The notes under the pieces are model-generated. The model saw only the letters and a program-made list of their open reading frames with translations. It did no database searches and was not told the origin of the DNA. Of a stretch of 64,000 nt of DNA, positions 18,686-27,689 are shown one piece after another. The first letter of the stretch is position 1; every line of letters begins with the position of its first letter. A program made the translations under genes and the position numbers. Location of the stretch: assembly GCA_024698885.1 (NCBI GenBank), contig JAILQQ010000054.1, positions 619 through 64,618 on the forward strand, given 5' to 3'. The DNA comes from Lachnospiraceae bacterium. Its GTDB lineage: Bacteria > Bacillota > Clostridia > Lachnospirales > Lachnospiraceae.

Positions 18686-20794
18686 TCAACTTTTCTCTAG
18701 TCGGAAGCAGACCGCCTTCAGGTCTTCGTCAAAGATATATCGGAAAACACCGTCCTTAAGCGTATACTTCTCTTCTTTATAAGAATAGACATCCTTTATC
18801 TCATAATCTGCGGGAACAGGGATCCGGATCTCCTCCCCCTGTGCCCCGTGGAAGCCGTGAAGCAGAAGATAGGCTTCTGTTTTCTCCATGTTCTCCCGAA
18901 GGATCCCCTGCCATCCCTGCGGATGCCGGTATCCTGTCATTTTCGTCCCGTAATAACAGCTCCGTCCCTTTTTGATGACCGGAACCAGCCTTTTGTAAAA
19001 CGCAATGCCGTCCTCGATCAGCTTCCACTGATCGGCGGAAAGATGCAGCACATCTCCCGAAACGCACATCCTTCCGAGAAAGGTATTGGCGATGGAATAC
19101 GCGATCCGTTTCAGGCTGTCCGTTTCCCGGATCACGGCCCAGATCTGGGACTGCCTGGGCAGGATCACCCGGTGGAGGTTTGCCGCGATGATCGGGATCT
19201 CCTCGCATTCATGGGCGTCCGAGAACGAAGCCATCGCGCATTTCTGCATCATCAAAGGCTCCAGCTTATGGCCGCCCGAGGCACAGTTTTCAATGATGAT
19301 GCCCGGGATCTCCTGCTTTATTTTTTCCACAAAGGAAACCGAAGCCTCCTGATTCTGCCGAAGCCCCTCTCCCAGTGATTCCGCTCCGTCACAGCCGATC
19401 CCGGCTGTATCGTTGCAGTCTATTTTTATGTACGAAAAACCGTACGCTTTTAACGTCCCGATAACCTTTTCCGTCAGGTATTCCTGAACCGCGTCCTGCC
19501 TTAGATCCCAGAAACGTCGCGAAGTCGTCGTCAGAACCTGCCCGTCCCTTTGTAAGAGATGCTCCGTATCCTGATACGCCTCTGACGCGGAGCCGACGTT
19601 GTCGATCTCAAACCAGAGCCCGGGTTTCATCCCGGCTTCCCGGATCATTGCCGTTGTCTTCAAAAGTCCTTCCGGGAACAGTTCCTTCGAAACGTTATAG
19701 TCTCCCATCGAGAGATCCCAGGGAACCTCCGGCATTTTATACCAGCCGCAGTCGATCACAAAATAGGAAAAGCCCTTGTCCCGGATCGCTTCGACGATCG
19801 CCGCGATATTTTCGTGAGAGGGATTTCCCCAGGTCGTACAGTATTCGTTAAACAGCACCGGAAGACTCTGCTCCGTATCCGGTCCTGCGTCAAGTGTGCT
19901 GTCAAGGGCGGAGGTCAGTCTCCGGAAGATCTCCTCCTTATCCTCCCCACCGTAAACGGAAAGGAAAGCTTCGGGCGTCTTAAATTCCTCTCCGGGAAAA
20001 ACATCCTTCATCCAGTGCCCGAATTCTCTGTCCGCAAGGCCGCCCGAGATCTGCGCCTCTTCCCCCCTTCTGTAGACCTCCATCTGCCAGGAAGCGTTAT
20101 GGGCGACCGCCGCCCCCCAGAAAAGGTGATTGACACTGTCTTCGACCGCCATCACCGGAAAAAACCTGTTCACAGCCAGTGATCCTACCGCGCCGAAGCG
20201 TTCGCAGCGCACGGCATGACCGGTCCAGGAAGGCTCTAACTGCAGATCCTCAAAGGGGATGCTTTCCTTCCTTCCCTCCATGCTCCATACGCTCCGGATC
20301 CGGTGAAGGATCAGCGTATCCTTCCCGTCCTCTTCCATGAGGGGCGAGATCTTCCCTAGCGAAAAGCTCGACAGAAGCTCAAGGCTGACCTTCCTCGCCC
20401 CCTTGTTTTTAAAAATCGTGAAGCTTCTAAGCGCTCTGCCGCCTTCCGTGTAGACAAGGTGGTGGTGCACGCTTAAGCCCCTTTCATCCTTTAAAACGGT
20501 AACAATGTCCGTCTCATCCCCCTGCTTTTTCACCTGCTGGGCATCATAATGAAACAGGCCGGAAGCATCGTCCGTCCTGAGGGAAACGCCGGGAGAATAG
20601 CAGCCGGTATAGATATCTCCGGCAAGCTTTACCTGCACCAGGTTATCCGGATGGTCGTGCCCGGCATCGATCTGCCGCTCCTTCGCCTCAATCCCCGCGG
20701 GCATAAGGAGGAGCTCCGCGTTTTTCTTTGCGTCGTCCGTATAATACAGGGCCTGCATATCACCCAGCTCATATTTTTTGATCAGTTTCGTCAT
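18686..20794 (-). CDS. Alpha-galactosidase (GH36)
   Basis: 702 aa. FVIDCGWY, YIKIDCND and ENCASGGHK match the GH36 catalytic region pattern. Confidence 0.85.
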   Translation of the reverse strand: MTKLIKKYELGDMQALYYTDDAKKNAELLLMPAGIEAKERQIDAGHDHPDNLVQVKLAGDIYTGCYSPGVSLRTDDASGLFHYDAQQVKKQGDETDIVTVLKDERGLSVHHHLVYTEGGRALRSFTIFKNKGARKVSLELLSSFSLGKISPLMEEDGKDTLILHRIRSVWSMEGRKESIPFEDLQLEPSWTGHAVRCERFGAVGSLAVNRFFPVMAVEDSVNHLFWGAAVAHNASWQMEVYRRGEEAQISGGLADREFGHWMKDVFPGEEFKTPEAFLSVYGGEDKEEIFRRLTSALDSTLDAGPDTEQSLPVLFNEYCTTWGNPSHENIAAIVEAIRDKGFSYFVIDCGWYKMPEVPWDLSMGDYNVSKELFPEGLLKTTAMIREAGMKPGLWFEIDNVGSASEAYQDTEHLLQRDGQVLTTTSRRFWDLRQDAVQEYLTEKVIGTLKAYGFSYIKIDCNDTAGIGCDGAESLGEGLRQNQEASVSFVEKIKQEIPGIIIENCASGGHKLEPLMMQKCAMASFSDAHECEEIPIIAANLHRVILPRQSQIWAVIRETDSLKRIAYSIANTFLGRMCVSGDVLHLSADQWKLIEDGIAFYKRLVPVIKKGRSCYYGTKMTGYRHPQGWQGILRENMEKTEAYLLLHGFHGAQGEEIRIPVPADYEIKDVYSYKEEKYTLKDGVFRYIFDEDLKAVCFRLEKS

Positions 20795-20798
20795 CTTT

Positions 20799-21221
20799 CT
20801 ACATCACCTTTTTGATCCTGTCGGAAAGCTCCTTCAGCTCCTCCGGTGACAGATCCTCGAGATGCTGTAACATCTCGAGGATCTCCGCTTTACTTGCTTT
20901 ATACTGCATGGATACCACATCATTATAGAACGCGACGATCACGCCGGTCACCAGTGCCACGATCAGGATCGTCAGTACCGTCAGCAGAATGGAAAGTACT
21001 CTTCCAAGCGTCGTCACGGCGACAAAATCACCAAAGCCCGCCGTTGAAAATACCGCGTAGCAGTACCAGAGCGCATCACCATAGGTATTGATCCCCGGCT
21101 CGAGCATCATGATCACAAACGCGTCCAGGAAGAAAAATCCGATCAGACCGGCTATCAGCTCGTCCGCATATGTCCGCTTTAATACTCCTTTTAGTATCTT
21201 CAATCGCTTCTTTAATTTCAT
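20799..21221 (-). CDS. Two-TM potassium channel family protein
   Basis: 140 aa. TAGFGDF selectivity filter between two hydrophobic helices. Confidence 0.8.
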   Translation of the reverse strand: MKLKKRLKILKGVLKRTYADELIAGLIGFFFLDAFVIMMLEPGINTYGDALWYCYAVFSTAGFGDFVAVTTLGRVLSILLTVLTILIVALVTGVIVAFYNDVVSMQYKASKAEILEMLQHLEDLSPEELKELSDRIKKVM

Positions 21222-21227
21222 TTTCTG

Positions 21228-23288
21228 CTATTCCCCAAGGAGCTGGTCGACCAGATCCTCCACATAGGCTTTTGCGCTTTCATAGGTAGCCGGATCTGCC
21301 GGGTCCACGCACGCGATCTTTAACAGGTCCGCCGGCGCCGCCGAACAGCCTGCCTTCAGGAAATTCAGATAAGCTTCTTTTTCGCTCTCATCCTCCGATA
21401 CCTTTTCGCAGATCGCCGTGGCAAAGGTCAGGGAAGTCGCATACTGATAAACATAGTAGCCCTTGTAGAAATGCGGGATCCTCGCCCAGTCAATCCCCTG
21501 CTCCGGCAGGATATCTACCGCGTCTCCAAAGTAGGTCTCAAGAAGCTGCACATATTTTTCATTCATGGCAGCCGGCGAAAGAGCCTCTCCGGCTTCCAGC
21601 GTCTTATAACAGTAATCCTCAAATTCCGCCAGCATGCACTGGAAAAGAAGAGTGTTTGCATAGAGCTCGATCTCCTTGTCAAGCCAGTATTCCCTTTCCT
21701 CCTGATCGGCCGCGTTTTCCACCAGCTGCTTGTACAGTACCAGTTCATTGGTCGTGGAGGCAACCTCCTGCGTAAAGATGCCCGGACAGCAGTTGTAAAT
21801 ATTCTGATTCTCCCTGGAGAACTCACTGTAAATCGCATGCCCCATCTCATGCACGATCGTGTTGACATAGCCCAGGGTTCCGTCATAGTTGTACATCACA
21901 TAGGGCAGCGTTTTATTCCCGAGAAGCCATTCATAAGCGCCTCCCTCCTTCGTATCGGAAGGATAAGCATCGATATGGCCGCTTGTCATGATCCGGTCAA
22001 AGGTATCCAGGTATTCATCGCCCCAGCTCTTTATAGCCTCTCTGCCCAGGTTCACGCAGTCCTCATAGGATGCAAGCGGTACTGAATAATCATTGAGCGG
22101 AAGCGTCAGGTCATAGGTACCTATCTCCTCAAGCCCGAGCCGCTCCTTTCTCAGGGCATAATACGCATGGAACTTCGGCAGGATCGAATGCGCGAAATCG
22201 ATGATCTGGTAGAAGATCTCCGGATCTACGTCGTTCATGTCCGTAAAATAAGCAAGCGTGCTGTCGTAGCCGTGGATCTGCGCCTCGGCCCAGTTGCGCT
22301 TCATTTCTCCCGCTAAAAGCTCGGCATAGGTATTCTCATAGGGCTTACGGATTGCTGCCCGTAAAAGATTTGCTTCCTTTCGGAAATCGTGATCATACTC
22401 GTTACTGTCCATGATCTGCGAATAGGCCTCATCGGTAAGGGTCCCCACAGTCCCGTCAGGATAGGTGATCTCCGGCCTTTTGTTCTCGACATTATCAAAG
22501 ACAAAATAAGCGTTGTAGGACTGATCCGCCGCTGTGCCCAAAAGTGCTTCCGCCTGTGTGGTCTCTTCGGAAAGCGTAACCCAGTCCGGATCGGTATATC
22601 TTCTGTAGTAATACGCGTAGGGCGCAAGGCGCTCATCGGAAAAGATCTTTTCCCTCTCTTCAAGGGGCAGCGCCATGATCTCCGGCGTGACAAAGGCAGA
22701 CGACATTGTGTATTTCATGCTGCCGTCCTGCACACGCGCCGCGACATGCTTCGCCCACGGATCTGATGCGTCAAGGGAGGACAGGAATGCGCTGTACATG
22801 GTGCCCCTGTAATAGATGTCATCTAACTTCAGAATATTTTCATCCTCCGTAATCGCTAAGATCGCATCCGCATTATTCAGGGTTCCGCGATAGGCTTCCA
22901 AATCCGAAGCATGCTCCGCCAGATAATCCATGTCCGCGTCAAACGCAGCCTCATCCGCAAAAAGCTCGGTCAGGTCCCATTCGGTCGGCAGGTCGGAAAG
23001 AGCATCCTCAGACTGTACCGTCTCCGTCTCCGCGGGCTGCTCGTCTTTCGTCTCTGCTGCCGGTTCCGCTTCAGGCTCTGCCTCTTTGGATCCTTCCTCC
23101 GCAACCGCGCCGCCGCCAAGCAGTGCCAGAATGATATCCACGATCTCATTAACCATTTCCTCCGACAGGATCCCTTCTCCTTCGGCTTCCGCCGCCTTTA
23201 CCGGAACGGTGAAAAGACCCGAGAAGCTGCCGGATAGAAAGACCGCGCCGGCTAACAATACTGCTGTGATTCGTTTTGACATTTTCAT
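21228..23288 (-). CDS. Secreted M3-family oligoendopeptidase (PepF-like)
   Basis: Signal peptide MKMSKRITAVLLAGAVFLSGS. HEMGH zinc motif. The length and layout are like oligoendopeptidase F. Confidence 0.85.
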   Translation of the reverse strand: MKMSKRITAVLLAGAVFLSGSFSGLFTVPVKAAEAEGEGILSEEMVNEIVDIILALLGGGAVAEEGSKEAEPEAEPAAETKDEQPAETETVQSEDALSDLPTEWDLTELFADEAAFDADMDYLAEHASDLEAYRGTLNNADAILAITEDENILKLDDIYYRGTMYSAFLSSLDASDPWAKHVAARVQDGSMKYTMSSAFVTPEIMALPLEEREKIFSDERLAPYAYYYRRYTDPDWVTLSEETTQAEALLGTAADQSYNAYFVFDNVENKRPEITYPDGTVGTLTDEAYSQIMDSNEYDHDFRKEANLLRAAIRKPYENTYAELLAGEMKRNWAEAQIHGYDSTLAYFTDMNDVDPEIFYQIIDFAHSILPKFHAYYALRKERLGLEEIGTYDLTLPLNDYSVPLASYEDCVNLGREAIKSWGDEYLDTFDRIMTSGHIDAYPSDTKEGGAYEWLLGNKTLPYVMYNYDGTLGYVNTIVHEMGHAIYSEFSRENQNIYNCCPGIFTQEVASTTNELVLYKQLVENAADQEEREYWLDKEIELYANTLLFQCMLAEFEDYCYKTLEAGEALSPAAMNEKYVQLLETYFGDAVDILPEQGIDWARIPHFYKGYYVYQYATSLTFATAICEKVSEDESEKEAYLNFLKAGCSAAPADLLKIACVDPADPATYESAKAYVEDLVDQLLGE

Positions 23289-23336
23289 ACTTTTCCTCCA
23301 TTTTTTAATATAATTTATTGTTTTTTCTTTTTAGGC

Positions 23337-26300
23337 TTATTGTGTAATGGCGGAGCGTAATACCGCCCGCCAGTCGGCAGGGGCTCCCACAGCCTGCAGC
23401 AGCCTGTTCAGCCTTACGCTCTTAAACGCCGCTTCTCTTTCGGCGCTGCCCGTGTCTGCCGCCACGTTGAGATAGGGCCGCATCAGATTGATCACCTGCA
23501 GGGTTTCCCCGTCTGTCCTTTGTTCATCATGCACCATACAGTGTGTATCGATGGCCGAAAAGATCCGGACAAGGTCCATGAGATACATCTGGTTTTTGAT
23601 CCCGGTCTCGCGGTTTAACGCGACGTCAAAGTTGGTGGCGTTCCAGGGGTAGGAATAGCTTTTATCACCTAACATCTCGGCGAAGTTCGTCATAAAATCC
23701 GAAAAGTTCCCGATCTTCCCTACCACAAGCCCGATCACCGAAATGGCCTTGTCCACCACCTTGAAGGGCCAGGAGAGCGGTCCGAACAGACTGGCGATAT
23801 TCACGCCGAAGTCGGCCACATTGGCCGCCAGGTCGGTCCGTGCGGCGTTCCGGTCCTGCCAGTTGCGCCATTCTCCCCGCTCCTGAAATACCGCCCCGAA
23901 GCTGTTATGCTCGGCGGCGACTGCCATGGCCTGTCTGTCATTCTGGGCGTAATCACGCGGCAGGTAGGGTAAAGCCTCGCGACGTCTTGCCAGCTCATCC
24001 ATGGCTGTTTTCATATCAAGGCTGGCCCCCTGCAGGCTGTTTTTTTCCTGATGCAGAAACCGGAGACTTGAAACAGCGTTCTTCGCCCGCATGATATCTC
24101 CGACGGCGCCGAGTAAATAGCCGGTTTCCTTAGGCGACTTTTTCGCCGCGAAGGTATAGATCCCCTTTGCGATCGTGCAGGCACTGAGAGTGGCCTCCAG
24201 TGAAAGCCTGTCGATCTCTATCTCCGTTTTTTTCTGAAACGCCGCGTCCGGGTTCTGTTCCTGCTGATAGTTCTTATCCAGTATCCGAGGTATGCTGTGA
24301 ATAAACTGGGAAATAGCATACAGGGTAGACAAAGCGTTGAAACTGTAGTCAGCAGGAGACAGGGTCTCGCCGGAAGGTGCGCTTTCTCTCTTCCCGGAAG
24401 AAGACGATGCCCCGAAGTGACGAAGCGTTTCTTCCCGCGCAAAGGAGGGGAGCCCTTCGGAACCGGCCTCGCCGGATCTCTGTCCGAAAAGGCCGCTGTA
24501 GCTGTTTACGAAATCCTCCCGTGCCCTGTTAAGATCCACCGGTTCCCCGTCGATCATCGCCGCAAACTGCATCGCCTCCAGCTGGCCGCCCGCCGCCTGC
24601 ACCGCCGCTGCCTGTGCCGGTGCCCCTGCCGCTGCTGTCTGCGGAGCGCCGGTGTAGGAGCGGGACGCCCGAAAGACATTGGCACTGCTAAAGCCGAACA
24701 GGGTATAAAAAAGCTGTTGGACAGTCAGTCTGGATAAAACGCCGGCGCGCCGCGACATGATCTCTTCTCCCCGGTGCTGTATCGCCTCCGGCATAAACGA
24801 TTTTCTGAGATAGGCCGCGTCAAAGGAACGGTCCCTTGCAAATTCCTCCATCAAGGCAATGCGCATGACCTGCCCTGCCCTCGGAATCGCGTCAAGCCGT
24901 CTGCCGAGCGCCCCTCTGCCGTACCTTTCTGTCGTTTTTTCGGCAAGCTCTCTTGCGATGCCCCAAAGCGCCGTATCCTCTGTCGACAACAGCATCACGC
25001 CCAGATGCTTCACATGATCACGGGTATCCCTTTGCACTGCGGCAAAGGCTTTTTCCCTGATCTGTTCAAGGGTCTCGTCATCATGGCCTGCATGAAGCGC
25101 CTGCGCCCCTATGGAATCCGGCGCCAGGTACGCCCGTATCAGAAACAACGCCGCGCCGGCAGGGGAATAAGGCCCTGCCAGGGCAAGGGCGTGCTCGCTG
25201 CCTGCCCGGTTCAGATCATCGTCCGGATCATAAGTCATATAATACTGTATCGTTCCCGCGTTGATATGGCGGAAGAAATCCGAACGGCGTATGGCTAACC
25301 GCATCTTCTCCCTGTTTACCATCGAGGAGAGCGCGGACGGACGACTGGCCGCGCTTTCATCCGTCACGGCGGCAGACTCATCGGAATAAAACCGCCCGCC
25401 GTAAACAAAACCTCTGACCGTCCTTTCCGGTCCTTCCTCCCTGATCTTAGCCTCATACAGCTCAGCGCTTCCTTCCGAGGTCAGATATTCTCCGTTTACG
25501 CCCCGCTCATCTGCCGTCAGGTTCATTTCGCCTGCTGCCATGCCGACAGGCGCCTCCCCGGTGGAAGCTTCATACGCGGCCCGCGTGAACTTCCCCCGCT
25601 CCTGTGCCGTCTCGCCGGAAGCGGTAAGCGCCGTATAGGTCCGGTCCGTAAACTGGTTCCTTGCCCGGTAGCCGCGGAAATTACCCATAAGCTTCATGCG
25701 CACCCGCTGCCTGCCGCTCCTCTGCTCCTCTCCCAGGGTATGGATCCCCTCGGCAAAGGCGTTCATGACGATCGTCTGGTGATATTTGATGAAATTAGCC
25801 CTGTCCTCGCTGTTTAAGGAATTCTCGCTCAGGCTCTTTGCCGATACATGGGTAAGCTTCGGGCGTGCCGCCGGATCCTCCGTGGCAAGCATCTGGATCG
25901 CCCTGATCTGTCTGTAGTCGTATCCGCCCACATATTCCGCGATCTTTTTCGCCTCATTCCCGGTAAGCATCCGTCCCCAGTCCTTCGATCTCGTAAAGCT
26001 GTAATAAGCCCGGGCGTGATCGTCATATGCCTTATAATGCTTTTTAAAGGTACCTTCCCGATACCGCAGCCGTTCCCTGTCCCAGTTGCGCGCCAGTCCC
26101 CACAGTTCCCGTAACCAGGCATTTGCCATGTACTCCGCCGTATCCTTCTTTTCCCGCGCTGCCTGTACCTGCCTGTCGGCCCGGTATCTCTGAAAGCGGC
26201 CGAGTCTCCTTGCCGGATCGAACTGTCCGTTTTCCCTGCGCAGGGTCTCGAGGTAGGCATTATCCTCTGCTCTTTGCGTCCTCGTATCAAAGGATTCTTC

Positions 26301-26957
26301 CTCCACCGCAAGGGTAACGGACTCGCTCTGAGCCGGTGCCGCAGACGGTTCCGCCGGCGCAGGCGCAGGTACAGAAGCGGGTACTGCCTCCCCTGCGGGG
26401 CCGCCTTCCCCTGCGGGGGCCGCTTCCTGCGGTAACGGCGCCTGCATGCCCGGAAGCGTCACGCTCACGGTTTTTGGCTGCGAGCCGTAGGAATAGTTTC
26501 TCATCGTCGCCTCATAGAAATAGCGGCCGGCCCGCTGTAAAAGCCGGTCAAGCTCGGCATGCGCCTCCGGCGCGTCCTCTCCGGATGCCCGGACTCTCGC
26601 CATGAGCCAGTCGATCCGCGCACGGATCGCATCCCCTGCTAACTTCCGCATATTCTCGATATGCGGGAGCATGATATTATCCGTATATTTCTGATGATTG
26701 GCCTTCACAAGCATGGCATCTGCCAGGGAAGCCGCATTTTCCTGCCGCATCCTGGCAAGGATATTGTCCCGGATCCCGTCGATCACGCTCTGGCTTCTGC
26801 CTTCCCCGGCAAAGGCCTCCTCTCCCTGATCCATAAAGGAGCGCAGATCCTCCGTCATGCCTGCGGTATCAAGCTCCCCGGTATCCGGCACCAAAGCCCT
26901 GTCAAAGCCCATAGGCTCCGTTGTTTTTACTTCCGTTTCGAGATCGGTATCAGGCAT
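23337..26957 (-). CDS. 1206-aa hypothetical protein, no recognisable domain, with C-terminal hydrophobic/amphipathic helices
   Basis: The ORF is uninterrupted. Its start overlaps the upstream stop (ATGCCTGA). There is no signal peptide. It has two Ala/Pro linkers. The C-terminus carries the hydrophobic segment ANVADFGVNIASLFGPLSWPFKVVDKAISVIGLVVGKIG. Confidence 0.8.
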   Translation of the reverse strand: MPDTDLETEVKTTEPMGFDRALVPDTGELDTAGMTEDLRSFMDQGEEAFAGEGRSQSVIDGIRDNILARMRQENAASLADAMLVKANHQKYTDNIMLPHIENMRKLAGDAIRARIDWLMARVRASGEDAPEAHAELDRLLQRAGRYFYEATMRNYSYGSQPKTVSVTLPGMQAPLPQEAAPAGEGGPAGEAVPASVPAPAPAEPSAAPAQSESVTLAVEEESFDTRTQRAEDNAYLETLRRENGQFDPARRLGRFQRYRADRQVQAAREKKDTAEYMANAWLRELWGLARNWDRERLRYREGTFKKHYKAYDDHARAYYSFTRSKDWGRMLTGNEAKKIAEYVGGYDYRQIRAIQMLATEDPAARPKLTHVSAKSLSENSLNSEDRANFIKYHQTIVMNAFAEGIHTLGEEQRSGRQRVRMKLMGNFRGYRARNQFTDRTYTALTASGETAQERGKFTRAAYEASTGEAPVGMAAGEMNLTADERGVNGEYLTSEGSAELYEAKIREEGPERTVRGFVYGGRFYSDESAAVTDESAASRPSALSSMVNREKMRLAIRRSDFFRHINAGTIQYYMTYDPDDDLNRAGSEHALALAGPYSPAGAALFLIRAYLAPDSIGAQALHAGHDDETLEQIREKAFAAVQRDTRDHVKHLGVMLLSTEDTALWGIARELAEKTTERYGRGALGRRLDAIPRAGQVMRIALMEEFARDRSFDAAYLRKSFMPEAIQHRGEEIMSRRAGVLSRLTVQQLFYTLFGFSSANVFRASRSYTGAPQTAAAGAPAQAAAVQAAGGQLEAMQFAAMIDGEPVDLNRAREDFVNSYSGLFGQRSGEAGSEGLPSFAREETLRHFGASSSSGKRESAPSGETLSPADYSFNALSTLYAISQFIHSIPRILDKNYQQEQNPDAAFQKKTEIEIDRLSLEATLSACTIAKGIYTFAAKKSPKETGYLLGAVGDIMRAKNAVSSLRFLHQEKNSLQGASLDMKTAMDELARRREALPYLPRDYAQNDRQAMAVAAEHNSFGAVFQERGEWRNWQDRNAARTDLAANVADFGVNIASLFGPLSWPFKVVDKAISVIGLVVGKIGNFSDFMTNFAEMLGDKSYSYPWNATNFDVALNRETGIKNQMYLMDLVRIFSAIDTHCMVHDEQRTDGETLQVINLMRPYLNVAADTGSAEREAAFKSVRLNRLLQAVGAPADWRAVLRSAITQ

Positions 26958-27642
26958 TTTTCTTACCCCTCGGTGCTTTCTTCTTCGGCTGTGCTTCCTT
27001 CTTCGGCTTCGCTTCTTTCCCCGCGCCTTCTTCCGGATCCGGCTGCGTTTTTTTCTCCGGCTTCTCTCCCGCGTTTAATTGACCAAGGTAGTCAAATCGC
27101 TCCTGCAGATCGTTCAGATCCGCGATCGAGTCCAGATAGTCCATGTAAGCCTCGATCGTTATCCTGTCGGGATCATCGCAAAGGAAAAGGATAAAGTCCG
27201 CGAAAAGATCCAGCTGTTCGCCAAGCGTTCCGAGATAAAACTGCGCGTCCTCAAGGGCCGCGTCCAAAGCCATCGGATTCACCGGCATCCGGTAGCTTAA
27301 ATAAACCTGTCTTAGCGGCGCGTAATACCCAAAGCACCCAAAAGAAGGAAAGGCACCGGTGGAGATCACGGTGTTTAAGCTGTTTAAGCCTGTCAGGATC
27401 CCCGGGAGCTTTTCCTCTTCGATCCGCTGCGCCAGTGTGGCATGAAAATGCAGGATCGGGTAGGGCATGTCCGGATAGAAGCCGTCCTCCATGGCAGCTT
27501 CAAAAATGACATCGGTCCCCGATACCCCAAGGTTCCTCGCCATAGACCTGAGAACCCCTTTATGATCCCTGCAGTTGCCGAAAAGCCTTTCAATATTCTT
27601 CTTCAGCTCGTCCTCAAATTCCGCTGTTGATCCTATTGCCAT
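26950..27642 (-). CDS. Hypothetical protein, possibly YbjN / type III secretion chaperone-like fold, with a basic Lys/Pro tail
   Basis: The MAIGSTAEFEDELKK start at 27642 follows AGGAAAA. The ORF-track start at 27687 reads through a hairpin repeat. The fold assignment rests on strand/helix pattern only (ILHFHATLA, LTGLNSLNTV, GCFGYYAPLRQVYLSY). The tail is KPKKEAQPKKKAPRGKKNA. Confidence 0.6.
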   Translation of the reverse strand: MAIGSTAEFEDELKKNIERLFGNCRDHKGVLRSMARNLGVSGTDVIFEAAMEDGFYPDMPYPILHFHATLAQRIEEEKLPGILTGLNSLNTVISTGAFPSFGCFGYYAPLRQVYLSYRMPVNPMALDAALEDAQFYLGTLGEQLDLFADFILFLCDDPDRITIEAYMDYLDSIADLNDLQERFDYLGQLNAGEKPEKKTQPDPEEGAGKEAKPKKEAQPKKKAPRGKKNA

Positions 27643-27655
27643 TTCCGTTTTCCTG

Positions 27656-27686
27656 TCTGCGCCAATTTGCCTGCAAATTGCGCGCA
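27656..27686 (-). repeat. Intergenic hairpin repeat (H1-type), directly 5' of an SD
   Basis: TCTGCGCCAATTTGC-CT-GCAAATTGCGCGC. In sense orientation it is followed by CAGACAGGAAAACGGAAATG. Confidence 0.75.
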
Positions 27687-27689
27687 CTC

